NCBI GenBank assembly: GCA_020184695.1
Contig: JAANOX010000035.1
Span: forward strand, 292,877-356,876
Direction of reading: 5' to 3'
Origin: Histomonas meleagridis 2922-C6/04-290x
Taxonomy: Eukaryota > Protista > Parabasalia
DNA: 64,000 nucleotides
This document shows, one piece after another, positions 33,301 through 43,750 of the stretch. The notes under the pieces were generated by a model. The model was not told the origin of the DNA, searched no databases, and was given only the letters and a program-made list of their open reading frames with translations. Both the position numbers and the translations under genes were made by a program. Numbering within the stretch: position 1 is the stretch's first letter; each line of letters begins with the position of its first letter.

Positions 33301-35117
33301 CAAATAATACTGAAAATGTAGAAACATTAATAATTAATAATGAAACTTATATTAATATCTTAACTACACAAGCACAATCATGTGAAAACTTATGTAAAAT
33401 TATTATGGATCCAATAATGATAATACGGAATGAAATAATATTAGGAATAATTAATTTGATTAAAGGGAAAATTGATGAAGCGAAACAATATTTAGAATTT
33501 ATAGTAATTAATTTAAAGAAATATTTATTTTTAGGGAAAACATTTTCATTAAAACAAATATCATTATATGAAATTCATAAATTAATATTTATTTTTGATT
33601 TATTAATATTATATTTAATATCAACTCCAAAGAATATAATGGAAAAATATCCAATTATATTTGAATGGCGAAATGAATTATTAATAATTAAAAGACATTT
33701 ATTATTAAATAAAACTAATGAACCTAAACTTAAGATTACTTCATCAGGTATTAATCCACAACCATCAATTTATGAATTAAAGAATGATTTATATCCTGAT
33801 TTTATACCAATCATTAAACGATCGAAAGTTATACCTAATAATAATAATATTAATAAAGATTTCCAATCACAATGGCGAGTTATTACATTATATCGAAAGA
33901 TTCATTCTAATTCTAAACAATTTTCATTAGGGAAATTAACAGAGACAAAGTTAAATGAATTAAATACAAATTTATGTGTTGAAATCGAAAAATTTATTAC
34001 ATTAAATTCACCACCTTCACATACAGTTACATTACAAAACACTATAGTTTCGATGTGTATCTTTAATCATATTATTACTATTAATGAATGTATCCCAAAG
34101 TTTATTAAGATCGAATTAATTCAACCATTACAAATCCAATTACCTTATACTGATAAATCATTTGATATTATCTTAAAGTCTGGTTTATTTGATCCGATAT
34201 TTCTTAAGAATATTACATCATTAATCATTACACAACCTCATGATCATTGTAATTTTCCAACATTTAATAAGAATTTCATTGAACATTGTCTCGAATATAG
34301 TAAACTCTTTTTTGCTAATATAAACTTTGATCATAATACACCATCGATACCTGATTTATCTAACTTAGATAAATATAATAAAGGTAAATTACATAATATG
34401 TATATCATTGATCAAGTGTTAATTATCATCTCTGATATATATACACAGTTTTTACCTTTCGAATATTTCTTTCCAAATCGAACAGTGATTCGTTTCATAC
34501 GAAATGAATCATTAATACCTAAGAAATGTATTTGTTTAAGAACTAATATTAAAAATGAAAAAATCGATGACTTACAACTTCGTAAAAGTAAAGAATTATT
34601 ACAAATTACTCTATCAGGAATTAATTTATGTAATTTCCCAAACATTTCCGAAACAAATAATTATCGATCATTAACATTTCCTTTAAATTTGTTTAACCCG
34701 TCACATGATAATTCGAAATATGTAAAGAAATATCCATTTTGTAAATTCTTAAGTTATAAATCGAAAAATGATTTGGACGTAAAAGAGTTACAAAATGATT
34801 TAATCATTCTTTCTTATTCTGATCTTTGCGACATGTCCGAAACTTTATGTTATTTGTTGGAAAGGATACAAAAGGCAGCGTTCATGTTCATACCTTCGTG
34901 CGTGATGAAAGAAGCGTTTGCATTGTTGAAGAATATATTCGATCGACATGAGAAAAGATTAATATTTTTCGAAAATAAAAAGGATCATCCAGAGTACGAA
35001 TCGAACATGAGAATATTCAGATGCCCGCTGCAATTCGTGGCTACAATTAGAGAAACGTTGAGCGAGGAATTAAAGGTGCCAATACCAATTGTGGTGCAGA
35101 ACTATTCCGCGTATTAA
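30339..35117 (+). CDS. Large hypothetical protein (1592 aa) with a possible TPR-like helical middle region
   Basis: Long ATG ORF. The segment YFLLGESLESVGKYYYCALC...AAQIAHKNHDSIRTVFYYLEAL has TPR-like periodicity; family not recognised. Confidence 0.8.
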   Translation: MASTQPFALQPIIGMKAEAPELTSDFDDIFSSDGDEQPISIPNPGLSTITHVAKKTNKVTSLIDVAPQLTNLSTLLNDYKFPEKYEGKIDFVPENTAPEDLVTAINSTYESNSYQPLSDFLVHFNIQSLNDTQLCQLRIVQHIYDKEIDLESLISNESDSRVLALLYFALSIDKEPEVEAAFCLNSALEFAKSSSVIPISLFFPNFDLKYITVRICTLLSSLFSKNPLMPSAIGKLSPYVDPKLMEKLTEVVDDSDSDDDFSDSFLEDIQVQRAAAPLFQIDFNQCITNPLDLSMRQISPPCIVLPQAPTTFTFLLANGEESIYGIHFSNWLKDCSSRSDPIESDTGSLISYSEETTNSLPPIHLDQVPSLEKNYDDIYGFFNNPGEKVTIPDDPDFALSLPILHYINSRSDIPCPDSFGESRFFSLEFSAHKSFEKGDSSLYLDTLEKLIKIIPTDIPQSAIRPLNPKRKFPTNSNSDELNEDTKIFMALIDAFLMIEMRSPLTLLQYSFAPKLTDQSHPIFNREWRTKALYHLYITNTYFPYLSFRAAFTIANSLIDTNPEYASRLGFEALYLLLHPFPNLKTTIWCRSTYFLLGESLESVGKYYYCALCHDCALPLTIRSRKMTSKAAQIAHKNHDSIRTVFYYLEALKLFTQSDQNDEALYGTQVLAGIYRENVQYLEGIKLINTILNGMKPKTTSINTKQIKNSSGKFKSLKQNTRRQVNTSYPLLDNNNNRKPENINNILTSATLCLFLIKMHQFTSAISILDKIDSTNINDSITRLTTYLRFKTLFIQGKINELFNMITPSDLIRPRNRTNFGKFILLSFDLNVALLKLLTKASIVKQINSTSLFWAEMLCHTAITHTNSLNEIGVSHLLRAQSLLSQIEGTQIYYQLSTLESSIGKFICDEHLLFTKEFIINETLSSISSAKICFDRVGNAPKHLDASLMYCEVLIYHFYKTKVIENIEAIPITISQPHYLTTLNDKNNTNNTENVETLIINNETYINILTTQAQSCENLCKIIMDPIMIIRNEIILGIINLIKGKIDEAKQYLEFIVINLKKYLFLGKTFSLKQISLYEIHKLIFIFDLLILYLISTPKNIMEKYPIIFEWRNELLIIKRHLLLNKTNEPKLKITSSGINPQPSIYELKNDLYPDFIPIIKRSKVIPNNNNINKDFQSQWRVITLYRKIHSNSKQFSLGKLTETKLNELNTNLCVEIEKFITLNSPPSHTVTLQNTIVSMCIFNHIITINECIPKFIKIELIQPLQIQLPYTDKSFDIILKSGLFDPIFLKNITSLIITQPHDHCNFPTFNKNFIEHCLEYSKLFFANINFDHNTPSIPDLSNLDKYNKGKLHNMYIIDQVLIIISDIYTQFLPFEYFFPNRTVIRFIRNESLIPKKCICLRTNIKNEKIDDLQLRKSKELLQITLSGINLCNFPNISETNNYRSLTFPLNLFNPSHDNSKYVKKYPFCKFLSYKSKNDLDVKELQNDLIILSYSDLCDMSETLCYLLERIQKAAFMFIPSCVMKEAFALLKNIFDRHEKRLIFFENKKDHPEYESNMRIFRCPLQFVATIRETLSEELKVPIPIVVQNYSAY

Positions 35118-35497
35118 AATAGAAAAAAAATGGTTTGTTATGAATTTTAAATAAAAAAATATTTGGAAATTGTTGTTTGTATAAATAATCATAAAATGTT
35201 TCGATGAACAAATACGATGAAATGGAATTTGATCTTTTGCATTTTTTTAATAATTATTATTAAATAACTGATGTAATTTACTCAATAATTTAAATTATGT
35301 TCTGTTAAGAGATTTTAATTTTGATCAAGAAAAACAAGAAATATATGTATATTAATACTGTTTTATACAACTACGAAGAGCTGCTTGGAAAAAATTATAT
35401 AATGATAAGTTGTTAAAAATGAAAATCCCTTTTTGGATAGATTCTTCAAAAAAGCATTGTGTGTGAAAAACAATGACATTATTTAACTTTTGTTCAT

Positions 35498-35500
<3 letters not shown>

Positions 35501-35532
<32 letters not shown>
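35501..35532. repeat. (AT)16 microsatellite
   Basis: 32 nt of alternating AT. Confidence 0.95.
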
Positions 35533-35535
<3 letters not shown>

Positions 35536-35667
35536 AAGTAAAGAAATATTTTTTTTTAATGTAAACATTAAAGTAAATCAATATTTATTCGCATTTGAAC
35601 TTTACTTACATCACTTTGTTTTTAGTATTTTTGGTATTAATGTATACTTTCTAGCGAAAGAAATAAA

Positions 35668-35997
35668 TTAACTGTGTTTTATATTTGCATTATTCAATAA
35701 CAAATATTTATAACATTTTATTGATCCGAAAAATGCTGCATAATCAATTAATGAAACATTTTCTACATTAATAAATGAACATCTTTCATAAAGTGACTTT
35801 GGAATTGTTTGATCAAAATTAAAATTTGCTTGTGATGTTATTTCTTGAAGTTTTTCTATTTCGTCATTTCGTATTATTTTAGCAATTCCATTTGGATTAA
35901 CTCCTTCTTTAATATACTTCTTATGAAGTTCCCAATCATTCTTCGAAAGTTCTTCATAGTTATCTTGAAGCTGTTTTCTATAATAATTATTTTCCAT
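35668..35997 (-). pseudogene. Truncated paralogue of the DUF3447-like ankyrin gene at 9305
   Basis: EGVNPNGIAKIIRNDEIEKLQEITSQANFNFDQT...SLIDYAAFFGSIKCYKYLL closely matches KGINPNEIAKIIRSDEIKKLQEISSQTNFDFNQT...SLIDYAAFFGSVKCFKYLL. It stops early and the upstream frame is broken. Confidence 0.65.
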
Positions 35998-36231
35998 TTT
36001 ACTTAATTTTTCAGGTCCATATAAAATAGCTTGGCATAATTACCAAAAACCTAAATAGCATAATATTTTTTAGATATGATATAGGAATAATAAGAAAGAT
36101 ATGATATCTGTAATCGAAATCATTATTACAATTACAGTTAAAACATTTTAATATCAAAATTTGAGTTTTTGAAAATTGATCAATTCTCATTTCTTCTAAA
36201 AAAAATACTAAATGAAAGAATAATATATATT

Positions 36232-36846
36232 TTAATAAACATCTAAGAAATTAAGATCAAAGCCGAAGTTGGGGAAACCATCATCACTTTGTAAATCAAG
36301 GGAATCTGTCTGGAAGAAGTAATCTGTTTCATGATATTGTTCTTCTGTCTGTTGTGGAATTCTGATGTCAAAGTATGAAGCAAATAATGCTTGACAATTA
36401 CTTGCTTCAGCTGGATTTATTCTACTTGTCCACTGTCTCATTTCAGCACAATTTCCTTTCATAAAAGGAAACAATTTTGCTAATTCTGTTCCATGTTTTG
36501 GAGTGATCGATGAATTGATGTAACCAAGAGCTTGAAGTCCACTGTTTATAGATGACTTACATTTCCCTATTAACTTAGATAAATTTCTATTACATACTGC
36601 TATACCATCTGATATCCATATAATACCACAAACTAAAGAACGTAAGGAATCATTTCCATCATGTTGAAAAACATAATGTTTAATTGTATCAAGAATAATT
36701 TGGAATTGATTTTTCAATTTATCTTTTGTTGCACGGTAGGTCAATGGATCAATTTCTTCTTTGAGTTTAACATAACCTTCTTGATCATAAGAAGATAGTA
36801 AACCCCAATAGGATGGTTGTTCTTTATCTTGATTTTCGTTCGACAT
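36232..36846 (-). CDS. Initiator-binding-domain (IBP39-like IBD) transcription factor
   Basis: SLVCGIIW...GIAVCNRNLSKLIGKCKSSINSGLQALGY and RQWTSR are typical of trichomonad IBD proteins. First ATG at 36846. Confidence 0.85.
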   Translation of the reverse strand: MSNENQDKEQPSYWGLLSSYDQEGYVKLKEEIDPLTYRATKDKLKNQFQIILDTIKHYVFQHDGNDSLRSLVCGIIWISDGIAVCNRNLSKLIGKCKSSINSGLQALGYINSSITPKHGTELAKLFPFMKGNCAEMRQWTSRINPAEASNCQALFASYFDIRIPQQTEEQYHETDYFFQTDSLDLQSDDGFPNFGFDLNFLDVY

Positions 36847-37722
36847 TGATTTAAGTGAACTCAATTTTTTTTTGAATACCGCCAAAATCGTTTTCTATGA
36901 AAAAGTTTTGCTTGAGCATTTAATGACTTGTTTCCAATGCCAACCCCTTTTTTGACTACTTTGCTCTCAATATTTGACAATATTGTAAAACGGCTATGAC
37001 ATGAAGTGGCGATTAATTACATGTCGAAATGCCACAGAATTGTTCTTCGATTTGAGTTGATCGACCAAGACGTTCCTCTGAAATTAAATGTGAAGTGAAA
37101 TGGTGATGAATGGGAGTAAAAACCGACCAATTGCAAGCAGTATAGGTGCAAAAAGGAAAAATTTTAATGTGTATAAATTCATCACTACCAATTTAAATTG
37201 ACAAAAATGCTTTACTTTCAATGGTAAGCAATGTTAAAAAAAAATTTAACCACAACATTTCAAATGTAATATTAAAAAAAAAATATTTGACAAGTATATT
37301 AAGTGTATTTTAATTAATACAGGGAATCCTCCAAAATTATTTTCTAAAAATTATTTTCTCTTAAAAATGTTAAATCGATATCTTTTATTTATCAAAAATT
37401 TCATAAATAAAATTGAAAATAAATTTATTCATAAACTACAAATTAACAATATTTTAATATTTGTTCATAAAAATATATAAACATATGATTTCAAAGAAAT
37501 TTACATATTATTTCCTTTGCATAAAAAATATAAAATGATTTTGTTCATAAATGTGAAGTAATTCAATACTTTTGCATTTAATTATTTAGTTATTGTTCTC
37601 ATGAGAACGATCAATTCAAATTGAAATGTGACATGAAATGCATCTAATGTCAGTTTTATGTAAATAAATCAAAAATTCGTTAATTTCCATTTTTTCCTCA
37701 TCATAAGCATTTTAACAGTATT

Positions 37723-40194
37723 TTAGCATAATAACTGTTTTAAATTTTCTTCACTCAAACCAATTTGCCTTAAGATACAAATTAACTTAGCATTTTCTTG
37801 AGTTCCTTTTATCATGTTACCAATAAATCTTTGCAAGTCTTTATTTTGATTCAAAACTTCCGCAAATTGATTTTTATCGAATTTTATTAAGCAATAAAAC
37901 ACACAAACAATTGGCTCATAAAAATCTTGAACCTCCAAAAGGTCATCATCATCTTTGTAATATTTAGTAATTTCATCAAATTGAGAAATCCTAAAAATTA
38001 AATGATAAGACATGTCAACACATAACCTTTTTACATTTATATCGACAATATTTTGGAAAACTTTGATAATAAGAGTTAATGTTTTAAGTGCAAATTTCAT
38101 TTTATCGCTAATATATGCAAAATTATCGAAGTTATCAATTAAATTTATAATTATTTGTATCATTTCCGAAACAAATTCATTTATAATGTTTATATTATCA
38201 TTAGAATAATAATATGTAATAGAACATTTAACAATTTTTATCAATTTTTTGTAAATATTTAAATCATTTTCTTTTATGTTTGATATATGCGTTTTTAATT
38301 GTTGTAAATATATTGAAATTGGAGAACAATTCATCATTAAAGCTACAAGTGAATTAGACACATATTTTATATCTGTTATATTTAATGAATGTTCTAAAAC
38401 AGAGAAAATTATTTTCATTAATACATCAAGATAATTAGTTAATTTATAAGTTATAATAATTGTAGTTAATACTTTTAATATCATTGAATCATGATGAATG
38501 AGAAAATGATTAATAAACAATTGTAAATCAGCTTCAAGATTTTGAATTATTAAATCTTGCAGCATTAATTTTTGGCATTTAATACAAAATATCGAATAAA
38601 CAGTAAATATATCTTCTTGATTATGAATTAATTCCGGATGATTAAATGATTGGATGAAAAATTCATGAAAACATTTAACAAGCATAGGTATTTCATCATT
38701 ATTTATTGTTTTTAATATCATTCGTTTTATAATATTTGCTAAAGCAAAAGAAAAAGTTGGATATGTAAAATGAAAATAATTTAATAAAAAAACGAAATAT
38801 TGATTAATATGTTGATAATAATTAATTTGATCCAAAGTATAAAATGCATGAAATGCAGTAGTCAATGATATTTGTATTGAAGAAACAATAATTGGTACAT
38901 ATTTACTAACTTTAATGTTTAACACTTCAGATTTTTGAGCAATTTCGCCTAAAATAAGTATCGCAACATTAAGTAAATATGTTTGTATAGATGTACAAGA
39001 GAATATCGAATCAATAATCTTAAATATAAATTCAAAATCAAAATTATTTTGTTCATTAATTTCATAATTTTCAATTATAAACATAAGTAAATATAACGCA
39101 AGTGCAATAAAATGTTGATCTTGATTTTCGTGTATTAGTTCATTTGCTTTTTGGAAATATCTATTAAATGTTAACATAGGAAATTGCTTTGCTAAATTTC
39201 GTAATACTTCAATTGATGCACATGTTGATTCTGGTTTGTTATCATCAATTTCATCGAAATATTTAATCAATAACATATTTAAACATTGAAATATTGGTTC
39301 GAAATATTTATGAATTATTCCATCATTAATATTAAATAAATCTTCTGAATATGCAATTGCATTGATAAGTGTTAAAATCTCATCACAAATATTTTCATTA
39401 GTATGAGTTAAATCATGAATTAATATTTTTATAATATATATATCATTCGGAAATTGGTCATAAAAAAATCCAGCTATTTGTGTAAGACATTTATATGCAG
39501 AAAGTTTAAGTTCTGGAATTTCAAGACTTCCACAAATTAATTTCAACAAAGAAACTTTTGCATAGGAATTGGAATCAGAAAATAGTTCAGTCATTGATTG
39601 AATCATTTCGGATATTATGTTAAGACATTGTTCTTTAATTGTCAAAGAAATAGATTTATTGGAAAGATACAAGAAAATAATGTTAAGAATTGGATCATAT
39701 TGATTTTTATATAAATCTTCTTTTTCAGTAATCTGATATATTGCATTAAGTGAGTTTTCAATAAAAGATATATCGGTAGCGTTTTGAAGATTGTTACATA
39801 AAGCTTCAATAATTGATGAGTCATTTTGAGCGTCGAGATATATCTCACATATCTTAGCAAATAATGATGTAGCATGTATGCCAAAAGATGTAAAGAGATA
39901 TACACTTTGTTTGCAAAGATTTAGTAAAAGATTATTTAATGTCTCGTCAATTTGAAAATGTATTGGATTAATTGTTTGAAACCAATTAAGGGTTCGATAA
40001 GCAAGAATTAGGGCTACACAGCGATATGGGACTGGCGCTGATTGTTCGGATAAAATTAAATATAATTGATTTAAAAATTCTTTTGGATTGAATTGCATAA
40101 ATTGAGATAAACATTGAGCAGATTGTTCACTTACAGCAGCGTTTGTTGACTTAAGGTCATCCAAATAATCAATAAATTTTCTTTCTGCTTGCAT
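37723..40194 (-). CDS. Divergent importin-beta-like HEAT-repeat protein
   Basis: N-terminus LDDLKSTNAAVSEQSAQCLSQF...FLNQLYLILS...YRCVALIL resembles the importin-beta N-terminal domain; HEAT-like helices follow. Confidence 0.6.
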   Translation of the reverse strand: MQAERKFIDYLDDLKSTNAAVSEQSAQCLSQFMQFNPKEFLNQLYLILSEQSAPVPYRCVALILAYRTLNWFQTINPIHFQIDETLNNLLLNLCKQSVYLFTSFGIHATSLFAKICEIYLDAQNDSSIIEALCNNLQNATDISFIENSLNAIYQITEKEDLYKNQYDPILNIIFLYLSNKSISLTIKEQCLNIISEMIQSMTELFSDSNSYAKVSLLKLICGSLEIPELKLSAYKCLTQIAGFFYDQFPNDIYIIKILIHDLTHTNENICDEILTLINAIAYSEDLFNINDGIIHKYFEPIFQCLNMLLIKYFDEIDDNKPESTCASIEVLRNLAKQFPMLTFNRYFQKANELIHENQDQHFIALALYLLMFIIENYEINEQNNFDFEFIFKIIDSIFSCTSIQTYLLNVAILILGEIAQKSEVLNIKVSKYVPIIVSSIQISLTTAFHAFYTLDQINYYQHINQYFVFLLNYFHFTYPTFSFALANIIKRMILKTINNDEIPMLVKCFHEFFIQSFNHPELIHNQEDIFTVYSIFCIKCQKLMLQDLIIQNLEADLQLFINHFLIHHDSMILKVLTTIIITYKLTNYLDVLMKIIFSVLEHSLNITDIKYVSNSLVALMMNCSPISIYLQQLKTHISNIKENDLNIYKKLIKIVKCSITYYYSNDNINIINEFVSEMIQIIINLIDNFDNFAYISDKMKFALKTLTLIIKVFQNIVDINVKRLCVDMSYHLIFRISQFDEITKYYKDDDDLLEVQDFYEPIVCVFYCLIKFDKNQFAEVLNQNKDLQRFIGNMIKGTQENAKLICILRQIGLSEENLKQLLC

Positions 40195-40330
40195 TTATAA
40201 ATGTGCTATCCTTCATAATTTGATCGTTTTTATATAGAAATCAGTTTCCCTAAACGTCATCATGTGTTATTGGCAAATCTTGAATTTATAAAATTAATTT
40301 ATATACTTATCTATAAGAAAATAATCGTGC

Positions 40331-40403
40331 GGTCTCGTAGCTCAGTCGGTAGAGCGTTGTGCTGATAACGCAAAGGTCTAGGGTTCAAGTCCCTGCGGGA
40401 CCA
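40331..40403 (+). tRNA. tRNA-Ile, anticodon GAT
   Basis: Acceptor stem GGTCTCG/CGGGACC + discriminator A; D arm AGCTCAGTCGGTAGAGC; anticodon stem TTGTG/CGCAA with loop CTGATAA; T arm GGGTTCAAGTCCC; no intron. Confidence 0.95.
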
Positions 40404-40410
40404 TTTTTTT
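40404..40410 (+). terminator. RNA polymerase III oligo-T terminator
   Basis: T7 run directly after the tRNA discriminator base. Confidence 0.8.
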
Positions 40411-40988
40411 GTTTTTTTAATGTCGCGTTTAATTTATTTTCCAATTCCTTAATTAATGTTTGAAACACAAAAAACTTAATTTAAAATGATTTTTTGCTAT
40501 TTATACTTTATGTGGTTGTTGCCTTCTTAGAAGTTTATTTCTTTTGTTCCAATACGTTTATTGAATTGCGAAAAATCAAAATCTTTTCCTTCGATTAAAT
40601 GAAAAAATATATGAAAGAAAAAAGTTAGAGCTAAAACCATACAAGTACATTTTTGATAAACGTTTATGTAATCTTTAAAGTTTTTGAATCAGTTTGAAAA
40701 AATTTTATCATTGCGATATTTAATTTTCGGCAAATAGTGAAAATAATATCATCAACAAGCCCTAACTTGTTATATTTTGTTTCATTGATATAGTAGCGAA
40801 CAATAATTAATCCTGAAGATTTTCGTTGAATGAAGATTTTAGCTGGACCACTTATTAGATTTTGTTTTTGTTAGTGCTTTATTTTGTAAAGTATTGAATT
40901 TTGAATTAAGATTTTCTTTGTGTCAATGTGTGAGTTTACTCAATATTGAATGCATAATTGTTCAGATATTTGGTTCATATTAATTATT

Positions 40989-41738
40989 ATGTTCTCTTCA
41001 TCAGATCAGCAAAACTCGATTTCAGTTGTTAAAAATAAATGGACTGATGCTCAACGTAGAATTGTATGGACGTTGATATGCAAGGCAAGAACAGGCATTC
41101 ATGTTGAACTTAATCCCATAGTAGCAACTGCTTTTATAACTTTACAACGTTACTTCAGAGGCGACGATAATTGCACATACGATCTTTTTATTTTAATGGC
41201 GGCAGCACTTTTTACATCTTGCAAACAAAAGGATTCTTTCAGACCAATACAATTAATTTACTCAGAATTACTAAAGATATGCAAAGCAGCTCCATCACCA
41301 ATTATCAGATCAATTCCAGGACCCAGAATCAACTCGGATTTAATTGATTACAAAGATATGGTAACAGTTACAAACGCAGAAATTTCACTATTAAACGCCT
41401 CTGGATTTGATATGGACATTGAACTTCCATTTGCATATTTTGACACTGTTAAGGAATTAATTCAAAATGAAATTCCAAAAGACGTATACGACAGATTCTG
41501 CAAAGAAGCAATTGTTGACATATGTTTAGTCATTTGCAGTGAGTATTACCTTGATGTACCACCAGAAGTAGCAGTTGCAGCAGCAACAGCAGAAACATTC
41601 CAAAACAAAGAGCCACCATTAGCTGTGTCTAATTGGGTATCAGGTGTAAGGCTAAAGTATGGAAATGATGCTTATACTCTTGCACTAAATTCATTAATCA
41701 ATGAAAAAACAAAAACTGCATTTCAAAGATGCCACTAA
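40989..41738 (+). CDS. Cyclin-fold protein (transcriptional cyclin T/K/L/H-like)
   Basis: VATAFITLQRYF...FILMAAALFTSCK...EISLLNASGFDMDIELPFAY cyclin-box pattern. The ATG at 40989 is preferred over 40950. Confidence 0.8.
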   Translation: MFSSSDQQNSISVVKNKWTDAQRRIVWTLICKARTGIHVELNPIVATAFITLQRYFRGDDNCTYDLFILMAAALFTSCKQKDSFRPIQLIYSELLKICKAAPSPIIRSIPGPRINSDLIDYKDMVTVTNAEISLLNASGFDMDIELPFAYFDTVKELIQNEIPKDVYDRFCKEAIVDICLVICSEYYLDVPPEVAVAAATAETFQNKEPPLAVSNWVSGVRLKYGNDAYTLALNSLINEKTKTAFQRCH

Positions 41739-42359
41739 TTTGTTTGTAAGTAAATCTTTTGTTTGAATAATTACTCTAGAAAACAATTATATCATCATTT
41801 CAGTTCAGAGATTTTGCATTGGTTATTAACGGTTTTGTAACGTTTTGAATTATATACTATTAAAGAATTATATAATACCCTTAAATTTGAATGCTTAATT
41901 GCCTTTGTTGATTTTCTTCCCAAAATAGAATTATCTCTTTATCCAGCTAAGAAAGTCTTCATATTCCAGTAATATATTGTTTTTAAGCATTCTCTAAATA
42001 TTTACATATATTCAATTTTTTTTTCTCCTTATAATTACATAGAATCATTTTCATAAAATTCTCTGGACTATAAAATAGATTCAAGACATTTTTTCCAGTT
42101 CATTGGAAGCTCAGTTTATAAGTTAAAATAAAAAATGATATGCAGAAAAAAATATTTAATTTTTGATCCGTTAATAAACTTGGAAAACGTTACGGTATTA
42201 TCGTCATTGAAATAATATTGATTGAAAAAGTTGTTTTAGCACAATTCAATTCTTTTTATTTTTTGTGCAAACGGCCACAATTCCATTTAATTTTGAATTG
42301 TTTATTGTGGTAAAACAATCAGAAAAACAAAATAATGTTCAATATAATGTTCAGATTTT

Positions 42360-42367
42360 AACGGTTT
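42360..42367 (+). promoter_or_regulatory. M3-like core promoter motif (AACGGTTT)
   Basis: Matches DRCSGYTD, 19 nt upstream of the ATG at 42386. Confidence 0.4.
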
Positions 42368-42385
42368 TTGTTTTTAAAGGCATTT

Positions 42386-42910
42386 ATGGGTTGCGGACCA
42401 TCCAAAGAGACGGTCAAAAAGAAAAACAATAATACAGAAAATAAATGCTTAACGTGCCTAGTGTTTGGAATGCCAGAATGTGGACAATCAATCTTTGTAA
42501 AAGCAATGGAAAGATATTTAGGAAATATGGGTTACTTTAATGAAAACTTCTCTTTTGTTATTGCACCGCAACAAAGAGAAAAAAGGGTGGAATGGGTTAA
42601 TCAGTATTCTCAGCCACGAGTAATTGCCTCATATTTTTTTGTTGATGTTTCTTCACATGCAGCAACATTATTAAGCATAAAAACATTAAATTGGCTACAG
42701 TCACAACTTGTTGAGCATGATCCTCCTTTTGTTGTCGGATATATAAAGAATCAAATGGATGAAAGTAATTTTGCTTTTTTAAAGAGCAACCTTTCACCAA
42801 AATTCGAACTGGCAGCATTTTTTGAAAAGGACGAGACTGACATCAAAAAATTTATAGAGAATATCAAAAAATCTTACGATAACTATAATAAAACGCATAT
42901 AGATAAATAA
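42386..42910 (+). CDS. Small acylated Arf/G-alpha-like GTPase-fold protein with degenerate motifs
   Basis: MGCGPSKE N-terminus, LVFGMPECGQS P-loop-like segment, QQREKRVEWVNQY...YFFVDVS switch-II/beta-4-like segment. Confidence 0.6.
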   Translation: MGCGPSKETVKKKNNNTENKCLTCLVFGMPECGQSIFVKAMERYLGNMGYFNENFSFVIAPQQREKRVEWVNQYSQPRVIASYFFVDVSSHAATLLSIKTLNWLQSQLVEHDPPFVVGYIKNQMDESNFAFLKSNLSPKFELAAFFEKDETDIKKFIENIKKSYDNYNKTHIDK

Positions 42911-43027
42911 ATTGTAACTTTCCAGTAAATTTTGTTTTTCATTCTTGTTTTTTAGTATAGAGATGAGATTGCAATTCCATGTTTATTTGGAGCTTAAATT
43001 TCAATCACTTTTGATCGTTACTCTTAA

Positions 43028-43750
43028 ATGATACCAAAGTACCAAAGGAAAAGAGATGGAATCCAAAGGGAATCAGTTAAAGAATTTATTGCATACCTCA
43101 AAAACAATGCCGAATGGATGGCACCAAGTGCTATGGTAGGAAAAAAAATTGGTTCAATGATATTTGTTTTAAAACCCAAAGGAAGTATTAAATTTATAGA
43201 ATTTAAACAAACACCAGATAACAAATTTGAATTTCCTATTCTAGAATCGGTTTCTTTGTTTTTTGCAAAACGATTAATTTGTATTTATCTTTCAAATGAA
43301 AACACTCCATTTACAGTCTCCGGACATTATTTAGTTAACCTTGCAATATCAAGTGGAATTCCCTTTAGAACAATTTCATCTTATTGTCTTTTCACAAGAC
43401 TTGCATCTTCGAAAAGAAAACCTAAATTTGAACAAAAGAAAAAAGAAGCTGAAGTAGAAATCACAGCAAACGAAAATAGCTATATCAATTCCATCAATAG
43501 AATCAAAAATCTAGGTCCTACAATTAATGAATCTTTTGATATCACGAATGTATATCCAGCGACATATTACATAAAGATAAAAGCGACAAACAACAAAGTA
43601 AATGATACAATAGTTAACTTTGATTACCTTCCATCTCATTTGGAATTTGATACCAATATTGTTCATTCATATACAAAACAATGCATTATTTCAATAAAGC
43701 CTGCGCCCGTAATTAATAAATATATAATACCTCACATTAACGATACATAA
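43028..43750 (+). CDS. Hypothetical protein (240 aa)
   Basis: ATG-initiated ORF; no family recognised. Confidence 0.7.
   Translation: MIPKYQRKRDGIQRESVKEFIAYLKNNAEWMAPSAMVGKKIGSMIFVLKPKGSIKFIEFKQTPDNKFEFPILESVSLFFAKRLICIYLSNENTPFTVSGHYLVNLAISSGIPFRTISSYCLFTRLASSKRKPKFEQKKKEAEVEITANENSYINSINRIKNLGPTINESFDITNVYPATYYIKIKATNNKVNDTIVNFDYLPSHLEFDTNIVHSYTKQCIISIKPAPVINKYIIPHINDT

Noticed and set aside
40665-40880. Short minus-strand open frame (QNLISGPAKIFIQRK...) preceded by ACTAAC
   Set aside because: No usable start codon, and no AG at the distance expected for a trichomonad intron after ACTAAC.
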